This document shows, one piece after another, positions 26,598 to 35,803 of a stretch of 35,940 nt of DNA. This DNA comes from an uncultured delta proteobacterium. GTDB taxonomy: Bacteria > Myxococcota > Myxococcia > Myxococcales > 40CM-4-68-19. Below the pieces are notes generated by a model, which was not told where the DNA came from, ran no database searches, and worked only from the letters and a program-made list of their open reading frames with translations. How positions within the stretch are numbered: position 1 is the stretch's first letter; each line of letters starts with the position of its first letter. The stretch lies in assembly GCA_903911145.1 (NCBI GenBank), contig CAIWCD010000003.1, positions 126,642-162,581 of the forward strand, in the 5' to 3' direction. The position numbers were made by a program, and so were the translations under genes.

Positions 26598-27770
26598 TCA
26601 CGGGTGCGGCAGTGGCTGCAGCGCGCCCTTCGCATCGGTCGTGTAGATCGGCGTCCAGTGCCCGTGGATCACCTGGTAGAGGACGCGGTGCTGGTAGGTC
26701 GAGCCCAGGTAGAAGAAGCGCACCGGACCGAGGCCGGTCTCGAACTGCTCATTCGCCAGCGCGCCGCGGACCGACGGCCGGGTGAGGAACGACTTCTCCA
26801 TCGCGCCGAGCAGGGCCTGCATCTCGACGTAGGCGAAGATCCCGAACGGTCCGGGTGGCTCGCGAAATCCGGCGGCCTGGTACGCGGCGAGGAATGATTT
26901 TCCCTCCGCCGTTTCCTCCAGCGGCAGACCATCGAAGATCTGCAGCGCGCCCTCCGCCTTGTCCTGCGCCGCTTCGATGAACTGCTGCGACAGCTCGTGG
27001 CTCTGCGCCAGCACCGGCGCCTTCACGCCTCCTTCGCGCAGCTGTTTGACGAACAAGCCGGCGTCGTGCGCGCGTCCGCCGAAGACGATGAAGTCCGGCG
27101 CCTCTGTGCGCAGCCTCTCGACGACGGCGCTGAAGTCGGAATCACCGGGTTTGAAGAACAGCTCATTGCCGACGAACGAGGTTTCGAAGCGCTTGCCCAT
27201 CGCATCGCGAAAGCGCCAGACCTTCTCCCGCCCCTCGGTGGTGTGGTCGTCGACGTAGTAGAATTTGCGCGCGCCGAGAATGTCCCACGCGTAGGCGAAC
27301 GCGGGAGTCAGCATCTCCGTCCCGTGTGGGAGCAGGCGGAACTCCCAATCACCGATCGTATCGGGGATCTCGTGCGTGGTGATGGCGCCGAGGATATGCG
27401 GCACACGCGCGTCGGAGAGTGTCACCTTGCTCGCGGTCGAGCAGTCGTGATCGTAGTGGACGACCGCGCCGAGAATGCGCTGATCTTCAGCGAGCAGATT
27501 CGCATCCACGGCAGCGGTCGCGGGCAGCGAGGCATCGTCGAGATCGACCAGCCCGATCTTGTGGCCCTGCACTCCGCCGCGCCGGTTCACCTCGTCGATC
27601 GCGAGCCGGAGCGAGTTGCGCATGCCGAGACCGATCGAGGCGTTCGGACCGGTCAACGGAAGGATGCTGCCGACCCAGAGCTGCTTCTTCCCGAAGAGAA
27701 TCGAGACTCCGCCGATGGCGAGACCGGCGCAGACGAGCGCGGTGATCCAGATGAGCGGCCTGCGGCTCAT
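26598..27770 (-). CDS. Branched-chain amino acid ABC transporter substrate-binding protein (LivK/LivJ-like)
   Basis: Start ATG 27770 overlaps the bcp stop. VGSILPLTGPNASIG, LAIDEVNRRGGVQG, LDD, DFSAVV, G..GPVRF. Confidence 0.85.
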   Translation of the reverse strand: MSRRPLIWITALVCAGLAIGGVSILFGKKQLWVGSILPLTGPNASIGLGMRNSLRLAIDEVNRRGGVQGHKIGLVDLDDASLPATAAVDANLLAEDQRILGAVVHYDHDCSTASKVTLSDARVPHILGAITTHEIPDTIGDWEFRLLPHGTEMLTPAFAYAWDILGARKFYYVDDHTTEGREKVWRFRDAMGKRFETSFVGNELFFKPGDSDFSAVVERLRTEAPDFIVFGGRAHDAGLFVKQLREGGVKAPVLAQSHELSQQFIEAAQDKAEGALQIFDGLPLEETAEGKSFLAAYQAAGFREPPGPFGIFAYVEMQALLGAMEKSFLTRPSVRGALANEQFETGLGPVRFFYLGSTYQHRVLYQVIHGHWTPIYTTDAKGALQPLPHP

Positions 27771-28246
27771 GCGGCGTCCGACGCGGCGAGTGCGGTGAGA
27801 TCCGCGAGGACGGCGGCTTCGTGTCCCTGCGGTTTCACGTCGCGATAGATCTTGCGCACGGTGCCACGCGGGTCGACGAGGAAGGTCTCGCGGTTCCAGT
27901 AGAGCGTGCCCTGGAAATCGCTCTGGCCCACGCCCATGGCGGACAAGAGCGATCCCTGCACATCGGCGAGCAGCGGCGTCTTCAGATCGAATTTGCGGCA
28001 GAAGCTGAGGTGCGAATCGACGCCGTCGGCGCTCAGCCCGACCACGCGCGCGCCCTGTTTCTCGAATGCCGGGAGCGCGGAAGAGAACGCGCGGCTCTCC
28101 ACGGTGCAGCCGGGCGTGTCGTCCTTCGGGTAGACGAAGACGACGAGCCAGTGGCCCACGAACTGCGTGAGCCGCATCGTCTGGCCGTCCTGGTTGGGGA
28201 GCGCGAACGAGGGGAAGGGCTGTCCGACCGCAAGGGCGTGGCTCAT
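27767..28246 (-). CDS. bcp: Peroxiredoxin, Bcp/PrxQ family
   Basis: F.LPNQDG, YPKDDTPGCT.E, VVGLSAD, SH..FC.K, R.TFLVD. Confidence 0.9.
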   Translation of the reverse strand: MSHALAVGQPFPSFALPNQDGQTMRLTQFVGHWLVVFVYPKDDTPGCTVESRAFSSALPAFEKQGARVVGLSADGVDSHLSFCRKFDLKTPLLADVQGSLLSAMGVGQSDFQGTLYWNRETFLVDPRGTVRKIYRDVKPQGHEAAVLADLTALAASDAA

Positions 28247-28308
28247 GGCGGCAGACTTCTACCTCGAGCCGGGGCCGAGATCGACAGCGGCGAGTGCTAC
28301 AAGGCGGC

Positions 28309-29502
28309 ATGCGAAACGCGGAGCCGCTCCAGCCGCTCGAGGTTCCCGGGCAGACGAGCGTGCAGATGGCCGGCCTCGTGTCGGCTCGATTTCGTCGCGG
28401 GATGTGGCCGCTGGCGATCGGGACTGCCCTCTGCGTCGCGTTCTCCGCGCCCCTGGCCGATTTTCTCCTCGAGCGGCACGATCTCGCTGCCCGCGCGCAG
28501 CGGCAGGCAGAGGATCTCGCGCGCCAGATCGCGACGCTCACGACGAACGCGCCAGCATGGCGAACCGACCCGCGGCAGGAGATCGCGCGGCTGCTCGGAC
28601 AGGTCCTCCAGCAGCGCGGCGCCGAGGAGATCGTCACCATCGCGCTGTTCGATCAGGAGGGGCGCACCCGCCAACTGCTGAACGGGAAAGAGGAGAGCTG
28701 GCCGCTCGTGCTCGGCAGCGCGTCGATCGCTGGGCTCGGTGAAGTGCGGGTGGCGCTCTGCGAGCCAGAGTGGGTGGGCCGCGACCTGCTGCTGCTCGGG
28801 ATCTTCGGCGGGCTCGGCCTGCTGCTCGGACTCGCCCTCTACTTTTTTCCCCTGCGACTCTTTCGCGAGGAGGAGTTGGTGCTGCTCTTTGCGCGCCAGT
28901 CGGTCGCAGCGGCAGAGGATGAGCGGCTGCGACTCTCGCGCGATCTCCACGATGGATTGGGGCAGACGCTGGGAACGGCCGCGGTCGCGCTGGTCCGCTT
29001 GAACGCGCGCATCGGCGCCACGCCCGAGGCGGCCGAGACGGCGCGGCTGATCGACGGGGCGCTCGATGAAGTGCGCCACATCGCGCTGGGCCTGCGTCCG
29101 CCGACGCTCGTCGATCTCGGCCTGAACGCCGCGCTCTCCTCCCTTGCGCGCGATGCCGAGCGAACCGGGCTGCGTGCAGACGTGACCATCGAGGAGTTGC
29201 CGCCTCTCGACGCCGAGCTGGAGTTGGCCTGCTTCCGCCTTGTGCAGGAGGGGCTCTCGAACATCGTGCGACACGCGCAGGCAAAGGGCTTCAAGCTCAC
29301 GATCGCGAGGAAGGATGGCGCGCTCACGATCGAGCTCATCGATGATGGGCGCGGCTTTGCGGGCCCATCGGGGATGGGCCTCGGGCTCGTCGGCGCCAGA
29401 GAACGAGCGGCGAGACTCGCCGGAAACTTCACCATTGAGAGCACGCTGGGCGCCGGCACGACCATCCGCGCCAGGCTTCCACTGCCAGCAGGAACACCAT
29501 GA
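28309..29502 (+). CDS. Membrane sensor histidine kinase (HisKA_3, NarX/UhpB type)
   Basis: Two TM segments; ER.RLSRDLHDGLGQ H-box; LRP..L.DLGL; FRLVQEGLSNIVRHA; DDGRGF; GLGLVG.RER. Start uncertain (28309 or 28366). Confidence 0.92.
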   Translation: MRNAEPLQPLEVPGQTSVQMAGLVSARFRRGMWPLAIGTALCVAFSAPLADFLLERHDLAARAQRQAEDLARQIATLTTNAPAWRTDPRQEIARLLGQVLQQRGAEEIVTIALFDQEGRTRQLLNGKEESWPLVLGSASIAGLGEVRVALCEPEWVGRDLLLLGIFGGLGLLLGLALYFFPLRLFREEELVLLFARQSVAAAEDERLRLSRDLHDGLGQTLGTAAVALVRLNARIGATPEAAETARLIDGALDEVRHIALGLRPPTLVDLGLNAALSSLARDAERTGLRADVTIEELPPLDAELELACFRLVQEGLSNIVRHAQAKGFKLTIARKDGALTIELIDDGRGFAGPSGMGLGLVGARERAARLAGNFTIESTLGAGTTIRARLPLPAGTP

Positions 29503-30110
29503 GCAATGCCATCCGCGCTGTTGTCGTCGACGATCACCAGATCCTCCGCGAAGGAGTGCGCATGCTGCTCGGCCAGTCGGGAGAGGGCCGCGCGATTGAA
29601 GTCGTTGGCGAGGCGGCGACCGGCACTGAAGCGCTCGCGCTGCTCGAGGAGAAGAAGCCAGAGGTGATGGTGCTCGATCTGGCGATCCCCGAGGTGCTCG
29701 GCATCGACGTCTGCCGCGCGGCGCGCGCACGCGGAGTGCACGTCGTCATTCTCACCATGCACGTCTCGTCTGAGCATGTGCGGCGGGCGAAGGAGGCCGG
29801 CGCCGAAGGATATGTCGTCAAGGGATCGGGCGTCTCGGCACTCGCGGCAGCGATCCGGGCCATCGTCGACGGACAGCCGGGCCCCTTCCCTCTTCTCGCC
29901 ATCGACCCGATCGCCAAGCTCAGTCCACGCGAGCGCCAGGTGCTCGTTGAGGTCGCGCGCGGGCATACCAACAAGCAGATCGCCGACCGGCTCGCCATCT
30001 CGGCGCATACGGTGAACACGCACCGGATTCACATCATGGAGAAGCTGGGCGTTCACGACGCGGTGGCGCTGACGAGGCTCGCGGTCGCCGCAGGCCTGCT
30101 CTCCGAATAG
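29499..30110 (+). CDS. NarL/FixJ (LuxR-type HTH) response regulator
   Basis: VVVDDH, VLDLAIP, ILTMH, GYVVK, LSPRERQVL...G.TNKQIA..L.IS..TV.TH. ATGA overlap with the kinase. Confidence 0.95.
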   Translation: MSNAIRAVVVDDHQILREGVRMLLGQSGEGRAIEVVGEAATGTEALALLEEKKPEVMVLDLAIPEVLGIDVCRAARARGVHVVILTMHVSSEHVRRAKEAGAEGYVVKGSGVSALAAAIRAIVDGQPGPFPLLAIDPIAKLSPRERQVLVEVARGHTNKQIADRLAISAHTVNTHRIHIMEKLGVHDAVALTRLAVAAGLLSE

Positions 30111-30127
30111 CGAGCGAGTTGGTCGAT

Positions 30128-31054
30128 TCAATCAACGCACGCCCCACCGCATGAACGCGGCAGCGCATTCAATCGATCGACGGCCTGCTTGATATCTCCC
30201 TCCAGGAAGTAATCGACGTAGAGGAAGTTGGGGATGCGTTGCTTCGCCTGCCAGCAGCCGAGCGCGCGGGCATAGGCGGCCGCCGGGTCATTGGCGATCA
30301 AGGCCTTCTGCGGATCGGCGAGCACAACGCCGTGGCCGTCGTCCCGATAGATGAACTGGTTGATGAAGTAGAGATCGTTGGTGCCAACGCCTCGATAGAA
30401 CTCGCAGGAGAACTGGCTCGCTTCGGTAACGTTGTAATCGGTATCGACAATGAAGGACCACATCGGCAATTGCCAGGGCTGTGCGGGGCTATTGCTGGTG
30501 AATAGCACCAGCCGCGATCCGCGCGCAGCCATCTCGCGCAGCGTCGGCCAGCCCTTGCTGGCGTCGTGGATATAGAGATACGGAATGAGCCCCGCCTGCG
30601 TGAAGACCGCCGCGACCTGCGCGGAAGTGACGCCGGAGTCCTCCTCGAGCAGCGAGACGATCTCGGTGGGGTTGGCCTCGAGAAACGATTTAATCGTCGC
30701 CAGAATATTGAGCAGGGGCTCGCCGCCGAGATCGCCATGGAAGGTATCGTAATTGTGGGTCACATAGAGCGTGCCGGTATCTGCGCCCCACGACGGGCAT
30801 GGCCGGATACCGAAGGTGCGGATTCCATACTCAAGCTGCTCGGCAATCGGCCGGTCCTGGTTGGGAAACGAATATTGGATATTGCCACCGGCGGCATACG
30901 CGAACGAGTCGTGCGCCGCCGCGAACGTCACCTGGTTGTAATGGCGGTCGCAGTTGATCGCAGCGCCGTCACAGATGGAATTCGAGTGCGGCCCGCATGC
31001 AGCCAATGCGAGCGCAGATACGGCGATCTCGGCGAGGAGCGGCAGGCGTTGCAT
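30128..31054 (-). CDS. PI-PLC-like phosphodiesterase (X-domain) lipoprotein
   Basis: Lipobox LAAC; CDG...CDR.YNQVTFAAAHDSF, NQ...I.EQL..GIR, second His in LYVTH, FL..NP.EIV, WPTL.EM, R.PNF..VD. Confidence 0.8.
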   Translation of the reverse strand: MQRLPLLAEIAVSALALAACGPHSNSICDGAAINCDRHYNQVTFAAAHDSFAYAAGGNIQYSFPNQDRPIAEQLEYGIRTFGIRPCPSWGADTGTLYVTHNYDTFHGDLGGEPLLNILATIKSFLEANPTEIVSLLEEDSGVTSAQVAAVFTQAGLIPYLYIHDASKGWPTLREMAARGSRLVLFTSNSPAQPWQLPMWSFIVDTDYNVTEASQFSCEFYRGVGTNDLYFINQFIYRDDGHGVVLADPQKALIANDPAAAYARALGCWQAKQRIPNFLYVDYFLEGDIKQAVDRLNALPRSCGGACVD

Positions 31055-31074
31055 CTGCGGATCGGCCCCTCGGG

Positions 31075-31530
31075 CTAAGCAGCGGGAGTAAACGTGCGAA
31101 AGGCGCGCGTCGGGAAATACCAGATGGCAAAGGCCGTCGCGAAATCACCGCCGGCCGCAACCGCGAGCGAGCGGGCCTGCGGCATCGCAACCCACCAGGC
31201 AACAAAGAGCGCCGCGCTGGTGCACTTCATGAAGAGCAGCGGGACGTGGAGTTGCTGATACCTGCGCATATCCTTCCAGAGCAGCGCAGACATGAGGGAG
31301 AGCGTCGCGACGTTGGCCGCAGCGAGCGAAACCCAGATCCGATTCTGCGTCTCGGGATAGTTCGCGCCGCCACCCAGCGCGCGATCCCATTGCGCGAACT
31401 GCGCGACGATTGCCGACGGGAAGGCGGCATAGGAGATCGAAGCGAAGCCAAAGCCGATGGCCAGCGCGGCGAAGAGCAGGCGAGCGAGTTGAACATCGCG
31501 TCGGCTGTAATCGATGGAAGTGTTCGTCAT
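31075..31530 (-). CDS. Hypothetical membrane protein (about 4 TM helices)
   Basis: 151-aa ORF with four hydrophobic segments; 20 bp upstream of the PI-PLC-like gene on the same strand. Confidence 0.7.
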   Translation of the reverse strand: MTNTSIDYSRRDVQLARLLFAALAIGFGFASISYAAFPSAIVAQFAQWDRALGGGANYPETQNRIWVSLAAANVATLSLMSALLWKDMRRYQQLHVPLLFMKCTSAALFVAWWVAMPQARSLAVAAGGDFATAFAIWYFPTRAFRTFTPAA

Positions 31531-31694
31531 TTCCCATCAGTCGAACGCACGGGGCCGGTTGTCAACGCGTTGCTACACGCTCCGCTCCCATCGTGGATAT
31601 GCAGGGCGGTAATCTCTAGCGAGGCGTTGTCGATTGCGCATATGTTGCCGCCCGCGCGCCACTGAAGGCGCGCAAGTTTCGGGCGAGGCGACGA

Positions 31695-32666
31695 GTGCGA
31701 GCCATACTTGTTGCGGCGATCCTCTTCGCCACGGCCTGCGCAGGAGAGGATATGAAGGCCAATCCCGTCTCGCTCGCCGAACTGGACGCCTCGCGCGCGG
31801 CGACCGATCTGCTCGTTCCCTGGCGCGATGGCAGCGGCCAGGTTGGATATGCCGATCGCAGCGGCACCATCCGGATCAAGCCGCAGTTCGACCACGCAGA
31901 GCTCTTCCACGAGGGCCTTGCGGAAGCCACCCGCGGCGGGAAGGTTGGATTCATCCGCGCCTCGGGCGATTACCAGATCGCGCCGCGTTATTCGAGTGTC
32001 GGCCGGTTCGAGAACGGCGAAGCAACGGCGTACCAGTTCGTCGCCCCGTGGCTTGGCCCAATCATGGGCTGGATTCTGCGCACCGGCGAATTGACCACGC
32101 TGCGTCTCGACCGGATGGGCAAGGTGCTCCAATCGAACTATGAACGGACCAACAACGTGCCCAGTATCTGGCCCGAGGAGGCGACGCCCGAGACGCGATC
32201 GGACGATTGGATTGTGCTCGAACAGGGAGGCCACTTCGGCTTACAGCAGGCGAAGACGAAGGAGATCATCCTGCCGGCCCGGTTTGAATCCGTGCAACTG
32301 GTCGTCGATATCAATGGAACGGGCGTGAGGTACCTCGCCGGCAAGAAGGGCAACAACGATTGGGCCGTCTTTAATCTCGCGGGGAAAGAGCTGCTCGCGT
32401 CGACGATGGAGGTCCATCCGGTGGCGAGTGAAGGCGCGTTTATCGCCCGCGGCCCGAAATCGGAAAACTGGTGGGGTGCGTATGACGAGAATGGAAAGCA
32501 CTTCACGGAAGACTTTGCCTGCATGCCGTTTGTATTCCGCAACGGCATTGCGCGGGGCGCGGTGGCCGAGGTCGGGGATGTCTATGTCGACCGGACCGGC
32601 CGTCTCTATGGCGACCCGGCCTATATCAAGGCCCGGCATGATGCCGTGGGCCGCAGCGGATATTGA
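31695..32666 (+). CDS. WG-repeat (KWG Leptospira-type) lipoprotein
   Basis: GTG start, lipobox FATAC; GYADRSG...IKPQFD.A..F.EGLA, GKVGFI...G...I.PRY....F.NG.A, F.NG.A repeats. Confidence 0.8.
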   Translation: MRAILVAAILFATACAGEDMKANPVSLAELDASRAATDLLVPWRDGSGQVGYADRSGTIRIKPQFDHAELFHEGLAEATRGGKVGFIRASGDYQIAPRYSSVGRFENGEATAYQFVAPWLGPIMGWILRTGELTTLRLDRMGKVLQSNYERTNNVPSIWPEEATPETRSDDWIVLEQGGHFGLQQAKTKEIILPARFESVQLVVDINGTGVRYLAGKKGNNDWAVFNLAGKELLASTMEVHPVASEGAFIARGPKSENWWGAYDENGKHFTEDFACMPFVFRNGIARGAVAEVGDVYVDRTGRLYGDPAYIKARHDAVGRSGY

Positions 32667-32669
32667 ATC

Positions 32670-33389
32670 GTGCAACGGAAGTTTGCTCCCCTGCTGCTGG
32701 CGCTGCTCGCACCGCTCTCCGCAGAGGCATATCGACCGTTCGATAATACCGACGCGGATACCGCGCACGCAGGAGAGGTCGAGCTGGAGGTTGGCCCCGC
32801 GGGGATCACGCGCACGAGTGGGCAGACGACCTATTCGCCGGTCTTCGTCGGCAACTATGGCTTTGAGCCGGGATATGAACTGGTCTTCGAAATCCAGGAT
32901 CAACTCGTGCTTGGTCCGCGCGATGGCGCTCCCCGCCATTCGATTGGTGCGCTCGAACTCTCGGTCAAACACGTCCTGCGCGAAGGTGAACTGCAGGAGC
33001 AGGAGGGACCGAGCGTCGCCATTGAGCTTGGCGTCTACTTTCCGGGCGTTCATCGCGAACCGGGATATGGAGGAATTGCGTCGCTGATTGTCTCGAAACG
33101 ATTCGGCCTTGCGACGGTGCACTTCAATGGAAATATCGCCCTCGAGCGAGACGGTCACTTCCTGCTCTCCCCTGCGATCGTCGCTGAAGGGCCGGACTCC
33201 TGGCCGGTCCGGCCCGTCACCGAGCTGATCTATTCACATGAATTCGCCGGTCCGAATGAGGCGTCGGTGCTCGCCGGGCTGATCTGGAAGGTCAGTGAAT
33301 CGCTCTCGATCGATCTTGGCGCGCGCGCAGGCCGCGCCGCACAAGCCCCTCTCTATGAAGCGCGCGGGGGATTCAGCATCGGCTTTTAA
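32670..33389 (+). CDS. Putative outer-membrane beta-barrel protein
   Basis: Signal peptide; YRPF..TDA.TA..GE.ELE start; amphipathic beta strands; C-terminal Phe (GGFSIGF). Confidence 0.7.
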   Translation: MQRKFAPLLLALLAPLSAEAYRPFDNTDADTAHAGEVELEVGPAGITRTSGQTTYSPVFVGNYGFEPGYELVFEIQDQLVLGPRDGAPRHSIGALELSVKHVLREGELQEQEGPSVAIELGVYFPGVHREPGYGGIASLIVSKRFGLATVHFNGNIALERDGHFLLSPAIVAEGPDSWPVRPVTELIYSHEFAGPNEASVLAGLIWKVSESLSIDLGARAGRAAQAPLYEARGGFSIGF

Positions 33390-34180
33390 TCTGATTTCGA
33401 TGCGTTCCGCGGAGGCCACGGGATAAAGCCGGACGTGCGCCGCATATAGTCGCGAAAGCCGGGTCGGGTGGCTGCGAGATGGGCGTCGAGCATCGCAACT
33501 CCCGAGACCTTGACGAGGAGATAAGTCATTGCCGCGGGCGCAAAGATTGTAATCCACCCCCTCGGCGATTGAAGCGCGAAGAGCCAGAATCCCCACCAGA
33601 GCAGAGCCTCTCCGAAATAGTTCGGGTGGCGGCTATATCGCCATAACCCAGTATCCAGCACGGTGCTGCGGCGGGTGGTGTTGCTGCGAAACACCTGCAA
33701 CTGCGCATCTGCAATCACTTCGACCGCGAATCCAATCGCGAAGACGATTGCACCTGGCCAACTGCTGGAGCGAATGGAGCCAGGCGTCGGCGTCGACCCT
33801 GCAATCACCAGAGGAGCGGAGATCAGCAGCACGAGCATGCCTTGCAAGAGGAAGACTTGAAAGAAGCTGATCCACCAATAGCGCTCGGGGCCGAACTTCT
33901 GGCGGAACGCGGCATATCGCGGGTCTTCGCCTTTTCCGCGACTGCGCAGCAGCAGGTGTAGCCACAGACGAATAGCCCAGAGCGCCACCAGTGCGAGGAG
34001 CAGCAGCTTTTCTGGCGTCAAGCCAGTGGCCACGGCGGTATCGATTGTGACGACGAGAAATGCAATCCCCCACCAGGGATCGACGATGCTCGCGTCGCGC
34101 TTCCAGACGCTCACCAACCATAAGACGGTCATGAATCCGCCGACGAGCGCGGCGTTCTGGGCGAGCAATGCAATGGTCAC
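33386..34180 (-). CDS. DUF1295 family (steroid 5-alpha-reductase-like) membrane protein
   Basis: GTG 34180 overlaps the upstream stop (GTGA). DASIVD..WG, EDPRY, E.IAD.QL..F, GLWRYSRHPNYFGE...WWG, Y.RRTS.FIP.PP. Confidence 0.9.
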   Translation of the reverse strand: MTIALLAQNAALVGGFMTVLWLVSVWKRDASIVDPWWGIAFLVVTIDTAVATGLTPEKLLLLALVALWAIRLWLHLLLRSRGKGEDPRYAAFRQKFGPERYWWISFFQVFLLQGMLVLLISAPLVIAGSTPTPGSIRSSSWPGAIVFAIGFAVEVIADAQLQVFRSNTTRRSTVLDTGLWRYSRHPNYFGEALLWWGFWLFALQSPRGWITIFAPAAMTYLLVKVSGVAMLDAHLAATRPGFRDYMRRTSGFIPWPPRNASKSD

Positions 34181-35235
34181 GGCAACACCGCGGGTTGAGT
34201 CGACGATGTCGTGATCCAGTTGTCGGTCTCGCGCCACTGCTCAAAGAGCCAACGCTCGCGGGACAGCGCGGGAATATCTGCCGATAAGATGCGACGCAGG
34301 CGGACGCGCAGGGTCTGCCCGACCAGCGCGCCGCGCCAGAACTGCGAGAAGCTTGCGGCCCCCTCGAGGCCGACGTGCTCAACGAAGATCACGTCGGCGT
34401 CTGTTGCGGCAGAGAGCAGCGCGAGCGGCCCACCCGTGCGCGGGGGTAATACGCTCCGGTATCCAGCGGCGATATCGGCGAGCTCACCCTGCCCTCGCGT
34501 ACGTAGCCGCTCGATGGCTGCGACTCGTTTGGGCTCGCTATATCGCGTTCCCTCCGGATAGATGAGAACACCAGAGGACTCATCGAGCCCGCGGCCCAAT
34601 TGCGCGATCGCCTCCAACTCCTCCTCGCTGCGCGCGCTCGCGCGATCGATAAAGGCATTGGGAAGGCGCAATCCGACGATATCGAGGCAGGGATCCCAGA
34701 GCAGTTCGCGTTTGAGGACATATCGGAGTTGCAATCGATGAGGCCCTGCGATCACCGCCGCGACCAGCACGGTATCGGCGGTGCTCGAATGGCGCACGAA
34801 GAAGAGGACCGGGCCGCGCTGGCCAGATTCGCTGCCCTCGACAACAAGGCGCATCGAATAGATTCGCAATGCCCCGAACAAGAGCGCGCTCGCCCAGACC
34901 CGCTGCAGCGCCGCGTTCGCCGCGAGATAACGTTCGTGCCCAACTGCGCGGCCCCCGAGCAGCGCGAACCAGACCGCAGCGGCAGCGACGATTCCGGAAA
35001 GTTCGCACGCGAGATAGAGCGCGAAGAAGAGAACCGCACGGCTACGAGGGAGACTCGACCGGTCGGCCAATGCAAGGTCGACCAAAGACGCGAGCAGCAG
35101 CGCGAGCGGAAGGATTGCGAGGCCCAGCAGAGAGAGCGCGAGGAACAGCGGCACCGTCATGAACCGACGCGACCAGATCGAGCCGAGGCTCTCCCGTTGT
35201 CGATGACCGATTAAAGCGGACGGCGCGACATTCAT
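34177..35235 (-). CDS. 1-acyl-sn-glycerol-3-phosphate acyltransferase-like protein (PlsC family)
   Basis: ATG 35235 overlaps the DUF2177 stop. HSSTAD (HX4D), YVLKREL, FIDR, IYPEGTR, LPPR.GG. Confidence 0.85.
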   Translation of the reverse strand: MNVAPSALIGHRQRESLGSIWSRRFMTVPLFLALSLLGLAILPLALLLASLVDLALADRSSLPRSRAVLFFALYLACELSGIVAAAAVWFALLGGRAVGHERYLAANAALQRVWASALLFGALRIYSMRLVVEGSESGQRGPVLFFVRHSSTADTVLVAAVIAGPHRLQLRYVLKRELLWDPCLDIVGLRLPNAFIDRASARSEEELEAIAQLGRGLDESSGVLIYPEGTRYSEPKRVAAIERLRTRGQGELADIAAGYRSVLPPRTGGPLALLSAATDADVIFVEHVGLEGAASFSQFWRGALVGQTLRVRLRRILSADIPALSRERWLFEQWRETDNWITTSSTQPAVLP

Positions 35236-35660
35236 CGCTCCACACCGGCGAGCCGTCCATATGCCCACCTGCCTGCCATTGCTGCGACTCCCGTCAATCC
35301 GATCCCCCAGAGGATATCCACCGGCACAATCAACGCCGGCCAATCCCGCAGCACAGCCCAGTTGGTCAAGTCGTAGGTCGCATACGCGAATAGGCCCATC
35401 GCCGCGCCGCGCCCGAAGGCCTGCTTTGCGCTCGCGGCGGGGAGGACCGCGTGATGCACGATTGAAGCAATATAGAAGGCATAAAAGAGTGCGGCGGCCG
35501 GGAGGTAGACGTCGGCTCTTTTGAGCGGCGCCAGCGAGGAATCATAGAGGCCTCGCGCGATGACACCGAGCCAGGCGAGATCGAGCACAACCATCGCCAG
35601 CGCGGTCGCGACGACTGCCGCGACAATCGCGCCCCATCGCTTCGGTTGGCGTTGAACCAT
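35232..35660 (-). CDS. DUF2177 family membrane protein
   Basis: LDLAWLG.IA...Y, AA.LFY, GLFAYATYDLTNWAVLRDWP....VDI.WG. Confidence 0.88.
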   Translation of the reverse strand: MVQRQPKRWGAIVAAVVATALAMVVLDLAWLGVIARGLYDSSLAPLKRADVYLPAAALFYAFYIASIVHHAVLPAASAKQAFGRGAAMGLFAYATYDLTNWAVLRDWPALIVPVDILWGIGLTGVAAMAGRWAYGRLAGVER

Positions 35661-35737
35661 GTAGGATCCCCTTTGCCTGGCTCGCTTGGATGCCTCGCAA
35701 GAGGAAACGATGCGTGGCGCCGCTCTGCACAGACGAC

Positions 35738-35772
35738 AACGGCCGGCTCCGCGCGTGGCGAGGCCGGCCGTT
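35738..35772. other. GC-rich inverted repeat (possible hairpin/terminator)
   Basis: AACGGCCGGC (35738-35747) and GCCGGCCGTT (35763-35772), 15-nt loop. Confidence 0.35.
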
Positions 35773-35803
35773 CACGTCAAGTCCGGTTCTGGCTTCAGCC
35801 TAG

